64,000 bases of DNA, taken from a virus (Duplodnaviria > Caudoviricetes). The DNA is taken from the IMG/VR virus record IMGVR_UViG_3300032218_004357, positions 8,080 to 72,079 of that record; one strand, written 5' to 3'. The notes under the pieces were generated by a model that worked only from the letters and a program-made list of their open reading frames with translations, made no database searches and was not told where the DNA came from. Below, piece after piece: positions 56,867 through 64,000 of the stretch. The number at the start of each line of letters is the position of its first letter. The first letter of the stretch is position 1. The translations under genes were made by a program, and so were the position numbers.

Positions 56867-57373
56867 TCACTCGGTCGCGGCCAGCGCCTCCCTCACGATC
56901 TGTCGGGCGGCGTCGGCGAGCGCGTCGGCGTAGACCTCGGCGATGGTGCGGAGGACCATCAGCATCTCGTCGACGATGCCTCCCGGACCCTCGAACGTCG
57001 TGTCGGTCTCCCACTCCCAGCCCGAGACCTCGGCGAACGTCCGGGTGATGTCCTCGAAGAACTGAATCCGACCGACGCTGTCGATCGCGACGTCGATGAG
57101 GAAGTCCTCGATGTCGTCGTGGTCCGGGCCGAAGCCGGGGTCGTCGGCGAGGCCGAGCCACGCGGCTGCCGGGTCGTCGGTGGCGGCGAGCCGCTCGGTG
57201 AAGACCTCGACGATGTGGCGGAAGAACTGCGCCGAGGCGGGTCCGGCGTCGGCGATCGGCCGGTCGCCGACCTTGTAGCCGTACAGGGACTCGTAGAGGG
57301 CAGGGTCTGCGATGACGCCGGACCTGTTGCGCAGTAGGACGGCGAGGCCGGTGGGGTCGATGGTCGTGCTCAT
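56867..57373 (-). CDS. Acidic hypothetical protein (cassette A2)
   Basis: Flanked by repeat units; AAGGAG RBS. Confidence 0.7.
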   Translation of the reverse strand: MSTTIDPTGLAVLLRNRSGVIADPALYESLYGYKVGDRPIADAGPASAQFFRHIVEVFTERLAATDDPAAAWLGLADDPGFGPDHDDIEDFLIDVAIDSVGRIQFFEDITRTFAEVSGWEWETDTTFEGPGGIVDEMLMVLRTIAEVYADALADAARQIVREALAATE

Positions 57374-57390
57374 CTGGTTTCTCCTTGCTC

Positions 57391-57445
57391 GGGGGTTGAT
57401 GCTTGTAGGTTAGCAGGGGGGTCGGACATCATCCTCCCCCCCTGC
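57391..57445 (-). repeat. Cassette-boundary repeat unit 4
   Basis: GCAGGGGGG-TC-GGA-CATCA-TCC-TC-CCCCCCTGC: loop changed, stem kept. Confidence 0.88.
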
Positions 57446-57449
57446 CGAG

Positions 57450-57950
57450 TCAGCCGATCAACTCGCGCACGGCGGCGGTGGCGATGCTGTTCTGCGCCTT
57501 CAGCGCGGCGATCAGCACCTCGACCTCCTCGCGATCCAGACGGATCGTGAAGCCGTTCTGGTAGGGATTCCGACCGACGTAGTAGGGCTCGACGTCGATG
57601 TCGGCGCACGCCTTCAGCACGGCGAGCAACTCGTCGCGGTTCTTGTCGAACCACTCCCCGTACTCCCGCTCGGCTGCTCGACGCGCTTCCGCTGCGGCCT
57701 CCGCCGCTTCCTGCTCGGCGGTGTAGGCCGTCCACTCGGCGTACACGCCGCGAGTGCGGATCGACACGGTGATCGGCTCGTCCTCGGGGAGGCCGGTGTT
57801 CCGATCGACCTGCTGGACGGCGACCCGCCCGTTAGAGGCCGGAGCGACGATGATGCCGCGCTTGAGCCAGCCGATGTGCCAGTGGGTTTCGGGGTTGCCG
57901 TACGCCGCGTACGCGACCTCCATCCCGACGGTGATGTCCTGTGCCTTCAT
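57450..57950 (-). CDS. Hypothetical protein (cassette A1)
   Basis: AAGGAG RBS before ATG 57950. Confidence 0.68.
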   Translation of the reverse strand: MKAQDITVGMEVAYAAYGNPETHWHIGWLKRGIIVAPASNGRVAVQQVDRNTGLPEDEPITVSIRTRGVYAEWTAYTAEQEAAEAAAEARRAAEREYGEWFDKNRDELLAVLKACADIDVEPYYVGRNPYQNGFTIRLDREEVEVLIAALKAQNSIATAAVRELIG

Positions 57951-57967
57951 CTGGGGTCTCCTTGATT

Positions 57968-58134
57968 GGGGGTTGATGCTAGATAGTGTAACACAGGGGT
58001 CGGACATCGTATTCCCGACTCCCCGGATTTCTTGGTGCTGCTCGATGGGATCTAGTGTAGCACAGGGGTCGGACATCCTCTATGCCCTGCCCCTCGTTTC
58101 CTGATGCCAACCACATTAGCAGGGGGGTCGGACA
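57968..58134 (-). repeat. Cluster of three half-units (GGGGTCGGACA core, no hairpin arm) heading array A
   Basis: Motif copies span ~57988-58006, 58057-58075 and 58117-58134. Confidence 0.85.
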
Positions 58135-58184
58135 ACCTCCAGCACCAGCAGGTCCTCCAGCCCCAGCAGGGCGGCCCTCTTCCT

Positions 58185-58232
58185 CGACATCGACATCGAC
58201 ATCGACATCGACATCGACATCGACATCGACAT
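58185..58232. repeat. (CGACAT)8 perfect tandem hexamer repeat
   Basis: Seen directly in sequence. Confidence 0.95.
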
Positions 58233-58437
58233 CGTGCGCGCGCGCACGCACGCGTACGCACGGGGCTCCCACCCCTCCGGCTCCCCACCCTCAGCCCCGC
58301 CCCCACCCCCGGACGAACCCCCAGCCCCGGTCCCCAGAAGAAGCCCCAAAAGCCCCGCCCCAAAGCCACCACCCCGGGGCTCCAGCCGCCTACACTCCTT
58401 CACCGATCAAGTGGACACTTACACAGATGGGATTTCC

Positions 58438-58851
58438 GTGAACCACGGTGAAGTCACCCGCAGTTTCAACACGAGGTGGGACCACCACTACGCAGCCCTC
58501 CTTCAGTTCGTCGCTCGAGAAGGAACCGCCCACGTCGTCGCCAGCCATCGAGAAGAGTTCGAGGGTGTGATCGTCCCGCTCGGCACATGGACCGCCACCC
58601 AGCGCCAGCGGAAGCGACGCGGGTTCCTGCCGCCCGGGCGCGCAGCGCTCCTCGAGGAGTTGCCCGGCTGGCAATGGGGACCTCTCGCTCCCGGTCCGGC
58701 TGCTGAAACAGACCGGAACACGGAGATCCAACGGCTTCGGGCGGAAGGCGTGACCCTCGCCAAGATCGCTGAGCAGTTCGGCATCACTCGTCAGCGCGTT
58801 CATCAGATCGCTCCCCGACGTCCGGTCAAGGTCGAAACCCCCGATGCGTGA
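58438..58851 (+). CDS. Helicase-associated (HA) domain + C-terminal HTH protein
   Basis: W...Y..L..F..REG...V.......LG.W...QR.....G.L...R...LE.LPGW.W is HA-like; TLAKIAEQFGITRQRVHQI is an HTH. Confidence 0.78.
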   Translation: MNHGEVTRSFNTRWDHHYAALLQFVAREGTAHVVASHREEFEGVIVPLGTWTATQRQRKRRGFLPPGRAALLEELPGWQWGPLAPGPAAETDRNTEIQRLRAEGVTLAKIAEQFGITRQRVHQIAPRRPVKVETPDA

Positions 58852-59095
58852 GGAGCGTTCTCCGTGGTTCGGGATCCTGCTCGGGCTGGTGATGCTCTCG
58901 GTCTGGTTCGGCTGGGTCGTCATGCTCGTTGTCGGAAACCTGTACCACGATGGCTGCGTGACGAAACCCCTTGGGTTCTGGGAGGCCCAGCACTACGGGA
59001 TGCTGCTCGCCCTGCTCATCGGCTTGCCGTACGCCGCGCTGATCGTTGCGACAGTTGCGGATGGACACGCGACGAGGGGGCCGGACTCGTATTGA
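58844..59095 (+). CDS. Small two-TM membrane protein
   Basis: 83 aa with two hydrophobic helices. Confidence 0.6.
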   Translation: MREERSPWFGILLGLVMLSVWFGWVVMLVVGNLYHDGCVTKPLGFWEAQHYGMLLALLIGLPYAALIVATVADGHATRGPDSY

Positions 59096-59162
59096 GTCCA
59101 GCCCCCTCGGGGGTTCGCGCGACTGCCGGAGGAGGAGACAGAACCTCCGGCAGCGGCAGCGA

Positions 59163-60641
59163 TCAGACGGGCGGGTTGGTGCCCATGATGGACCGCCACG
59201 ACCCCTTCCAATAGGAGGGGATCCAGCGGGTGGGCTTCCGACCCTTGCCCAACGTGTGGAGAACCTCGACGCCCTTGCCGACGTCGGGGGTGACGATCAC
59301 CCGGTGTTCCAGCACCTTCCGGAAGCAGTCCAGCCCCATCTGGTCGGTGTAACCCTGACCCGGGCCGTGGACTGCGCCGTCGGTGATCCAGACGACCGGA
59401 GCCTTCGGGTGCTGCCGCTGAGCGACCGCCCACTCCAACGCCGGACGGTCGACCCCGTTGCCGGGCACCCGGCTGGGGAGGACGTCGACCATGCGGCCCT
59501 TGTCAGCGAGGACGAACACGTTCGGCGTGTTCTTGTCCCCGTTCGACGAGTAGACCGCAACGGTCGCACCCGGAGCCGCTTCGACGAGCCGCATGATGTC
59601 CTGCTGCGTGAACCGCATGGACCCGGACCCGTCGATGAGGACGACGCCGCCGTTGCCGCGCTTCGTCGCATCGAAGACACGACGCTGCGGATCGACGAGC
59701 ATCCGGTGGATGCGACGCGGGTGGCGTCCCCGGTCGGCGGGCCGCTTCTTGCGACCCATGCCGCCCGGAGCGAGCCGCGGCATGGCGCAGCGCTCCACGC
59801 GAAGCGTGTCCCACTTGCCGCCGTTCTTGCGCATCGGCTTGATCTTCTTGATCGCGTCGGCGTCGACCTTCGGCTTCTTGCCCTGCTTCTGGCTCGGCTT
59901 CCGACCCGGCTTGCCGTCCTGCGGCTCGCCGTCCTGCGCCTGACCCTCGGCATCGCCGTTGTCCTGCGCCTCGTCGTTCTCGTCCTCGTCGTCCTGCGGC
60001 GGGTTTGCGATCTGGTCGAGCAGGATCGCCCACTCTTCGGTGTATGCGAACCCGGCCGGAGCGAGACCGTGACGCGACAGGGTTGTCGCGCCCAGCCGTG
60101 CCGTCGGCACGCGTCGGACGAGGGCAGCGAGCCGGGTGGCGAGCGCACGGAACGCGTTCGCCCACTCGGGGTTGTGCTTGCGGACGCCGCTGATGAACGG
60201 CTTGAGCCGTGCGGTACCGGCGAACGCAGCGGTCATGTAGACGCCCTCCGACCAGAGGCCGCTCTGGGCGACCTGCTCGCCGGTCTGCTTCTCGGACCCG
60301 TCGGTCAAGTGGTTCTTGACGTCGAAGCCCGAACGGGCGCAGAGGGTGTTGACGCGGAACTCTTCCGCGACCTCTAGCGCTCGCTGCGTGGCGAAGCCGC
60401 GCTCGATCCACGTCGGCCACTCTTCACCGGGCGAACACTTCGCGTGCATCATTTCGTGCGCGCGAACCATCCGCTCCTGATCGTTGTCCCCGACGGGGAC
60501 GTCCATCCGGTGGCCGACGACGTACGTCCGGGCCCGGCCGGGCTCCATCGGTACGGGCTGGATCTCCCAGCGGCCGTTGTCCTTATCGGCACGCCCGAGC
60601 AAGTCGGGCATGGGGGCGACGATCTTCCGGACGGCGGTCAT
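59163..60641 (-). CDS. Zincin-like (HEMMH) + vWA (MIDAS) protein, partner of a MoxR ATPase
   Basis: VRAHEMMH and downstream EEFRVN; acidic linker; VLIDGSGSM and WITDG MIDAS motifs. Start at ATG 60641. Confidence 0.78.
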   Translation of the reverse strand: MTAVRKIVAPMPDLLGRADKDNGRWEIQPVPMEPGRARTYVVGHRMDVPVGDNDQERMVRAHEMMHAKCSPGEEWPTWIERGFATQRALEVAEEFRVNTLCARSGFDVKNHLTDGSEKQTGEQVAQSGLWSEGVYMTAAFAGTARLKPFISGVRKHNPEWANAFRALATRLAALVRRVPTARLGATTLSRHGLAPAGFAYTEEWAILLDQIANPPQDDEDENDEAQDNGDAEGQAQDGEPQDGKPGRKPSQKQGKKPKVDADAIKKIKPMRKNGGKWDTLRVERCAMPRLAPGGMGRKKRPADRGRHPRRIHRMLVDPQRRVFDATKRGNGGVVLIDGSGSMRFTQQDIMRLVEAAPGATVAVYSSNGDKNTPNVFVLADKGRMVDVLPSRVPGNGVDRPALEWAVAQRQHPKAPVVWITDGAVHGPGQGYTDQMGLDCFRKVLEHRVIVTPDVGKGVEVLHTLGKGRKPTRWIPSYWKGSWRSIMGTNPPV

Positions 60642-61369
60642 CAGACTGCCACCCGGTCGATCGCGATCGCGTCCAGCACCGACTCGGCACGGTTGCCGAA
60701 CACGATGCGGGCCGCGCGTGCCTCGTCGCCCAGCCGCTGGCGCAGCGAGTCGAAGGCGTAGAACGTGCGGAGGCTGATCCGACGGTCGCCCAAGTCCGCA
60801 GCGCGTGCGGCGTAGGACCGCAAGTCTGCCGACAGGAGGGCGAGGGCCGACGGGTGCGGCGTGTTGATGCGGACCTGTACCGGGAAGCGGTCGATGAGCG
60901 CCTCCGGCAAGTCCTCCATCCGCTCGACGTTGGTCGTCATCACGACGCTGAAGCCGTCGCGGGGACGCTCGATGCGGCCGGTCGCCGGGTTCTCCCAGCG
61001 GGCCGACTCGGGCGAGTCGGTCATGGCGAGGAGGAGGGCGAACACGTCGCCGCTGGCCTTGTCGACCTCGTCGACGATGAGCCGACCTCCGGTGAGGCCG
61101 TCGCCGCGCCAAGCCTTCGAGGCCTGACCGTCGAGCCACTCCCAGCGGCCGTCGGCGGCGGGCATCCAGCAGCCGGTGACGTCTGCCGACGTCATGTCTT
61201 CGGTGCAGACGAGCCGGAACGCTCCGGCGTCGACGTTGCCGAACGTCAGCCCGGCGTACGTCTTGCCGGTGCCCGGCGGGCCGTACAGGAGGACGCGGTC
61301 GACTCCGGCGACGAGGATGTCCTCGACGTCTTGCCAGCACTCGGGCATGGCGAGGGGGTGGTTGTTCAT
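60641..61369 (-). CDS. MoxR/CbbQ-type AAA+ ATPase (AAA_5)
   Basis: LLYGPPGTGKT, LIVDEVDK, VMTTN, EALIDRF. Confidence 0.88.
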   Translation of the reverse strand: MNNHPLAMPECWQDVEDILVAGVDRVLLYGPPGTGKTYAGLTFGNVDAGAFRLVCTEDMTSADVTGCWMPAADGRWEWLDGQASKAWRGDGLTGGRLIVDEVDKASGDVFALLLAMTDSPESARWENPATGRIERPRDGFSVVMTTNVERMEDLPEALIDRFPVQVRINTPHPSALALLSADLRSYAARAADLGDRRISLRTFYAFDSLRQRLGDEARAARIVFGNRAESVLDAIAIDRVAV

Positions 61370-61431
61370 GGTGCTGTCTCCTAGCGGGTTCGGTAGTAGG
61401 TAGGGGGAACGGTCGTTCACCCGATGACTCT

Positions 61432-61460
61432 AGTGTAGCACACCCAGCGCCGCTTGTCAA
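61432..61460 (-). promoter_or_regulatory. Near-consensus sigmaA promoter TTGACA-17-TACACT (with TGn) for the AAA/vWA pair
   Basis: TGTCAA at 61455-61460 and AGTGTA at 61432-61437 on the + strand. Confidence 0.8.
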
Positions 61461-61539
61461 GTCGGGCGGGGAAGTTTCTCGGGTGGGCCGACCGCCACGC
61501 GCAGGAGGATCGCGTGGTCGGTCAGCCGCACCCGACCCG

Positions 61540-61971
61540 TCACCGCTTCGCGGTCTTGGGCATGGTGATGACGAGCGCCCGCTTCTTGTCGGTCGTCGTC
61601 GTCACCGCGGCCACCGTGGCGGCGTCGATGAGGCCGATCTCGACGGCGGCGTCGAACTTCGCCAAGTCGATGACCGACCGGGTGACCCGGTCCAGCGTGG
61701 CGGCGGGGACGCGCTCGGCGAGGGCGTCGAAGTCGATCGCCCGGGCCTCCTCGCCGTCCAGCCCGCCCTTGAGCGTGACCTTCGTGCCGTCGGGGAGGGT
61801 GACGGTCTCCACCTCGGCGGTGAGCATGGCCGCGATGGCCTGCGCCTCCGCCTCGGTGAACATCTTCGTCGCGTCGGCCTTGGCGATCTTGGCCTGTACG
61901 GCGACCGCGGCGGCGACGTTGACGTTGACGGCGGTCTCGGTAGCGGTGGGGATGGGGGTCGTCGGGTTCAT
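61540..61971 (-). CDS. Hypothetical protein (cassette B3)
   Basis: AAAGG RBS before ATG 61971. Confidence 0.65.
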   Translation of the reverse strand: MNPTTPIPTATETAVNVNVAAAVAVQAKIAKADATKMFTEAEAQAIAAMLTAEVETVTLPDGTKVTLKGGLDGEEARAIDFDALAERVPAATLDRVTRSVIDLAKFDAAVEIGLIDAATVAAVTTTTDKKRALVITMPKTAKR

Positions 61972-62004
61972 GGGGTTGCCTTTCGGTTGGGGGTGCTTGC
62001 TTGA

Positions 62005-62034
62005 TGTAGGTAGTATAGCAGGGGGGTCGGACAA
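62005..62034 (-). repeat. Repeat unit 8 (core + extended -10, no hairpin arm)
   Basis: TAGTATAGCAGGGGGGTCGGACA; -10 TATACT on the minus strand. Confidence 0.85.
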
Positions 62035-62036
62035 GG

Positions 62037-62378
62037 TCACGTCGCGTCGGCCCACGGCGTACCGTCGGCCAGCGCGGCGTACTTCGCCGGGAACTCGAAC
62101 CGGGGGAGCATCCCAGCGACCTTCGCCACGGCGTCCTCGTCCCCGTCGTTCAGGGCGAGGATCGCCAGCATGGCCTCGTCGTTGATGTGCTGACCCTCTA
62201 GGGCGAGCCAGACCTCCACGGCGTCCCCGAAGCGCTTCTTCGGGATCAGCGCCATGACGCGCTGGCCGCTGCGGGCCTCGTACCCGAACGCGACGTCCCC
62301 GAGGGATTCGCCGGTCGGACCGTCGGCGGGCATGATGCCGAGGACGGCGATCTTTACGGTGTCGGTGGTCGTGCTCAC
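62037..62378 (-). CDS. Hypothetical protein (cassette B2)
   Basis: AGGAG RBS; flanked by repeat units. Confidence 0.65.
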   Translation of the reverse strand: MSTTTDTVKIAVLGIMPADGPTGESLGDVAFGYEARSGQRVMALIPKKRFGDAVEVWLALEGQHINDEAMLAILALNDGDEDAVAKVAGMLPRFEFPAKYAALADGTPWADAT

Positions 62379-62419
62379 GATGGTGTCTCCTGCGTTAGTA
62401 GGCGGTGGGGCTGATGGAA

Positions 62420-62459
62420 GGTAGTGTAGCAGGGGGGTCGGACAACATCCCCCCCCTGC
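62420..62459 (-). repeat. Cassette-boundary repeat unit 9 (hairpin with a 2-nt bulge)
   Basis: GCAGGGGGG-TC-GGA-CAACA-TCC-CCCCCCTGC. Confidence 0.88.
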
Positions 62460-62460
62460 C

Positions 62461-62727
62461 TCACTCGTCGTAGGACAGGGCGTCCAAGTGGTCGCGAGCC
62501 AGAACCTCCAAGAACCGGCCGACCTTCTGGACGTCGTTGGCGAGGCTGACGATGTCGTCCAGCCCCATCACCGCGCCGACATGGACATCGGCGAAGTGGG
62601 TGAGCAGGACGTCCACGATGTTGAGCGAGTCCTGATCGCCACGGAAGTGGCGGTTGGAGTCGGCCTTCGTGCGGGCGTCCGTGAAGAACGCGGTGACCTC
62701 GGGGGCGATGTCGGTGGGGGTGGTCAT
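62461..62727 (-). CDS. Small acidic hypothetical protein (cassette B1)
   Basis: AGGAG RBS before ATG 62727. Confidence 0.65.
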   Translation of the reverse strand: MTTPTDIAPEVTAFFTDARTKADSNRHFRGDQDSLNIVDVLLTHFADVHVGAVMGLDDIVSLANDVQKVGRFLEVLARDHLDALSYDE

Positions 62728-62756
62728 GGTGTCTCCTGCCTGTCGTTCGTTCATGT

Positions 62757-62898
62757 AGGTAGTGTAGCAGGGGGGTCGGACAAGGTCCACGGTCCCCCGA
62801 TCTGCTCGGTGGCAACGAGTGTAACAACGGGGTCGGACAACGTATTCCCGAATCCCGAAACTTCTTGACGAGAAACACCATAGCAGGGGGGTCGGACA
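62757..62898 (-). repeat. Cluster of three units heading array B
   Basis: Motif copies span 62765-62782, 62821-62839 and 62881-62898. Confidence 0.85.
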
Positions 62899-63175
62899 CG
62901 CTCCCAGCCCCATGACGAAACGTCATGCCAGACAATACGTCCAGCCGACCTCGACGCCACCCTCGACTCCTCCCTCGGCGAGCAGCAGCGACCGTTAGCG
63001 TAACTGCTAACACGCCGCCGAGCCCCGCTAGACCGCCCCCGATCTCCGAGCCCCGCAGCGCCAGCGAGGAGCCCGGGGCTCTCGCTCCTCCCCTGACCCA
63101 CGGGCAGCCCCGGGGTGGGACCGCCTTCGGCGGGGCCCCCAGCGCTCGGGGGAGCGGAGAGAGGAGGGGGGGGAA

Positions 63176-63655
63176 TCAGAGGATGCGCTCGGCGAGTCCG
63201 CCCGTTCGAATGAGCGAGAGGGGGCTCGAGGCAGCGAAGTCATCGGCGGTGAGGACCAAGTCGTAGTCCTCGGGCACACCGTCGTGCCACGTTTCGAGCA
63301 AGCAAGCGAGGGAGTAGTCGTCCCACTCGCGCAGGGCGATCCACTCGTTGTCGCCGCCGTTCCGTTCGTTCAGGATGCCGGTCACGTCGTGGTCGCCGTA
63401 GACGTCCACCAGCCAGCCGTCGGCGGTGCGAACGTAGAAGTGGACGGGCCAACGCTCGTCCGGCTCATCTCCGACGACTTCGTCCACGCTGACGACCGGC
63501 AGGCCGTGGCGCACGGCGAGGGAGGCAGCGAGCAAGGCGCAGCCTCCCATCGTGAATGCGGCTCCGGCGTTGTACCCGTCCCACGCGCCACAATCGCCGT
63601 CGCTGAGGGCGTCGGCGCGTAGGCGGTCGAGGGTGCGGATCGTGTGGGCGTACAT
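63176..63655 (-). CDS. Hypothetical protein with a possible Cys-His-Asp (papain/transglutaminase-like) triad
   Basis: GGCALLA..L, VHFYV, LVDVYG; TGATG overlap with the upstream gene. Confidence 0.55.
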   Translation of the reverse strand: MYAHTIRTLDRLRADALSDGDCGAWDGYNAGAAFTMGGCALLAASLAVRHGLPVVSVDEVVGDEPDERWPVHFYVRTADGWLVDVYGDHDVTGILNERNGGDNEWIALREWDDYSLACLLETWHDGVPEDYDLVLTADDFAASSPLSLIRTGGLAERIL

Positions 63656-63933
63656 CAGCGAGTGGTGATGTCGTAGGCGTTCGGGTCGCATTCGCAGTCG
63701 TCGCTGCGAAGGCAAGCCGGGCAGACGTCGGGGTCGGTGTGGTCGTACTCGAACGGGCAGCGACCGGCGGGGACCGGGGTCACGGCCGTAGCGATGTCGT
63801 CGTCCCACGCGCGACCGCAGTCGCCGCAGACGGTGGCGACCGGCTCGGCCGGGTCGGTCTCGACGACTCCGTTCGCGTGGACATGGACGGTGCCCATGTA
63901 GCGGTTCGGGTCGGTGAGGGGTTGGGTGTTCAT
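63655..63933 (-). CDS. Small Cys-rich (Zn-binding) hypothetical protein
   Basis: CGDCG, RCP, CPAC..C.C; AAGGAG RBS. Confidence 0.62.
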   Translation of the reverse strand: MNTQPLTDPNRYMGTVHVHANGVVETDPAEPVATVCGDCGRAWDDDIATAVTPVPAGRCPFEYDHTDPDVCPACLRSDDCECDPNAYDITTR

Positions 63934-64000
63934 GGCGTCTCCTTCGGAAGGAATCGGAGGTTGGCGGCGGGCGGGGGACCGAGTGGTTCCCCCCCCGACC

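Noticed and set aside
57979-58403. ORFs encoding DVDVDV / MSMSMS / STSTST / RHRHRH repeats
   Set aside because: All frames of the (CGACAT)8 tract give low-complexity peptides with no RBS; treated as non-coding.
531-60377. Long antisense or alternate-frame ORFs (e.g. 531-2219 +, 16263-17885 -, 23541-25229 -, 32914-34506 -, 45380-46837 -, 59046-60377 +)
   Set aside because: They shadow well-supported genes on the opposite strand. This is expected from high GC3 codon bias, and they show no recognisable motifs.
57968-62898. CRISPR mini-array interpretation of the triple motif clusters
   Set aside because: The conserved part is only ~11-18 bp with variable flanks, spacing is irregular, the same motif serves as a promoter-like unit between genes, and no cas genes are present.
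55013-62898. Firm call of a true integron
   Set aside because: No tyrosine recombinase in the window and no RYYYAAC/GTTRRRY attC ends; kept only as an analogy in the findings.
1-64000. tRNA, rRNA, tmRNA, integrase, transposase, intron or intein
   Set aside because: No cloverleaf/T-loop signature, recombinase catalytic motif or intein terminal motif was recognised by eye. tRNAscan-SE/Infernal and HMM searches would be needed to exclude them fully.

Overview
A 64-kb internal segment of a large, GC-rich contractile-tailed (myovirus) phage genome. The host is very probably an actinobacterium (two WhiB genes, actinophage-type lysin/holin, TGn-TANNNT promoters). Left to right: (1) head genes on the minus strand (truncated HK97-type prohead protease, portal fused to a MuF domain), divergent from terL; (2) a recombination, nucleotide and DNA-modification block (Rad52-like annealase, PD-(D/E)XK exonuclease, glycosyltransferase, HNH, RuvC, dCMP deaminase, ParB-like, IbrA/IbrB-like PAPS-reductase/ParB pair); (3) neck, sheath, tube, frameshifting chaperone, tape measure with a C-terminal M15-like peptidase motif, baseplate, Kelch and beta-helix appendages, NlpC/P60 lysin, holin and a second structural block; (4) a regulator-rich region (LuxR, wHTH, 2 WhiB, sigma-like, 3 RHH) and a leftward replication operon whose promoter abuts a tandem pair of NrdR-box-like sites; (5) two leftward arrays of small, mostly acidic orphan genes. 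These are delimited by 12 copies of a GGGGTCGGACA motif that carries an extended -10 element and, between genes, folds into a hairpin with tandem G.A mismatches. No integrase, tRNA, rRNA, cas gene or major capsid gene was recognised in the window. All family calls come from motif recognition by eye, not from database searches.
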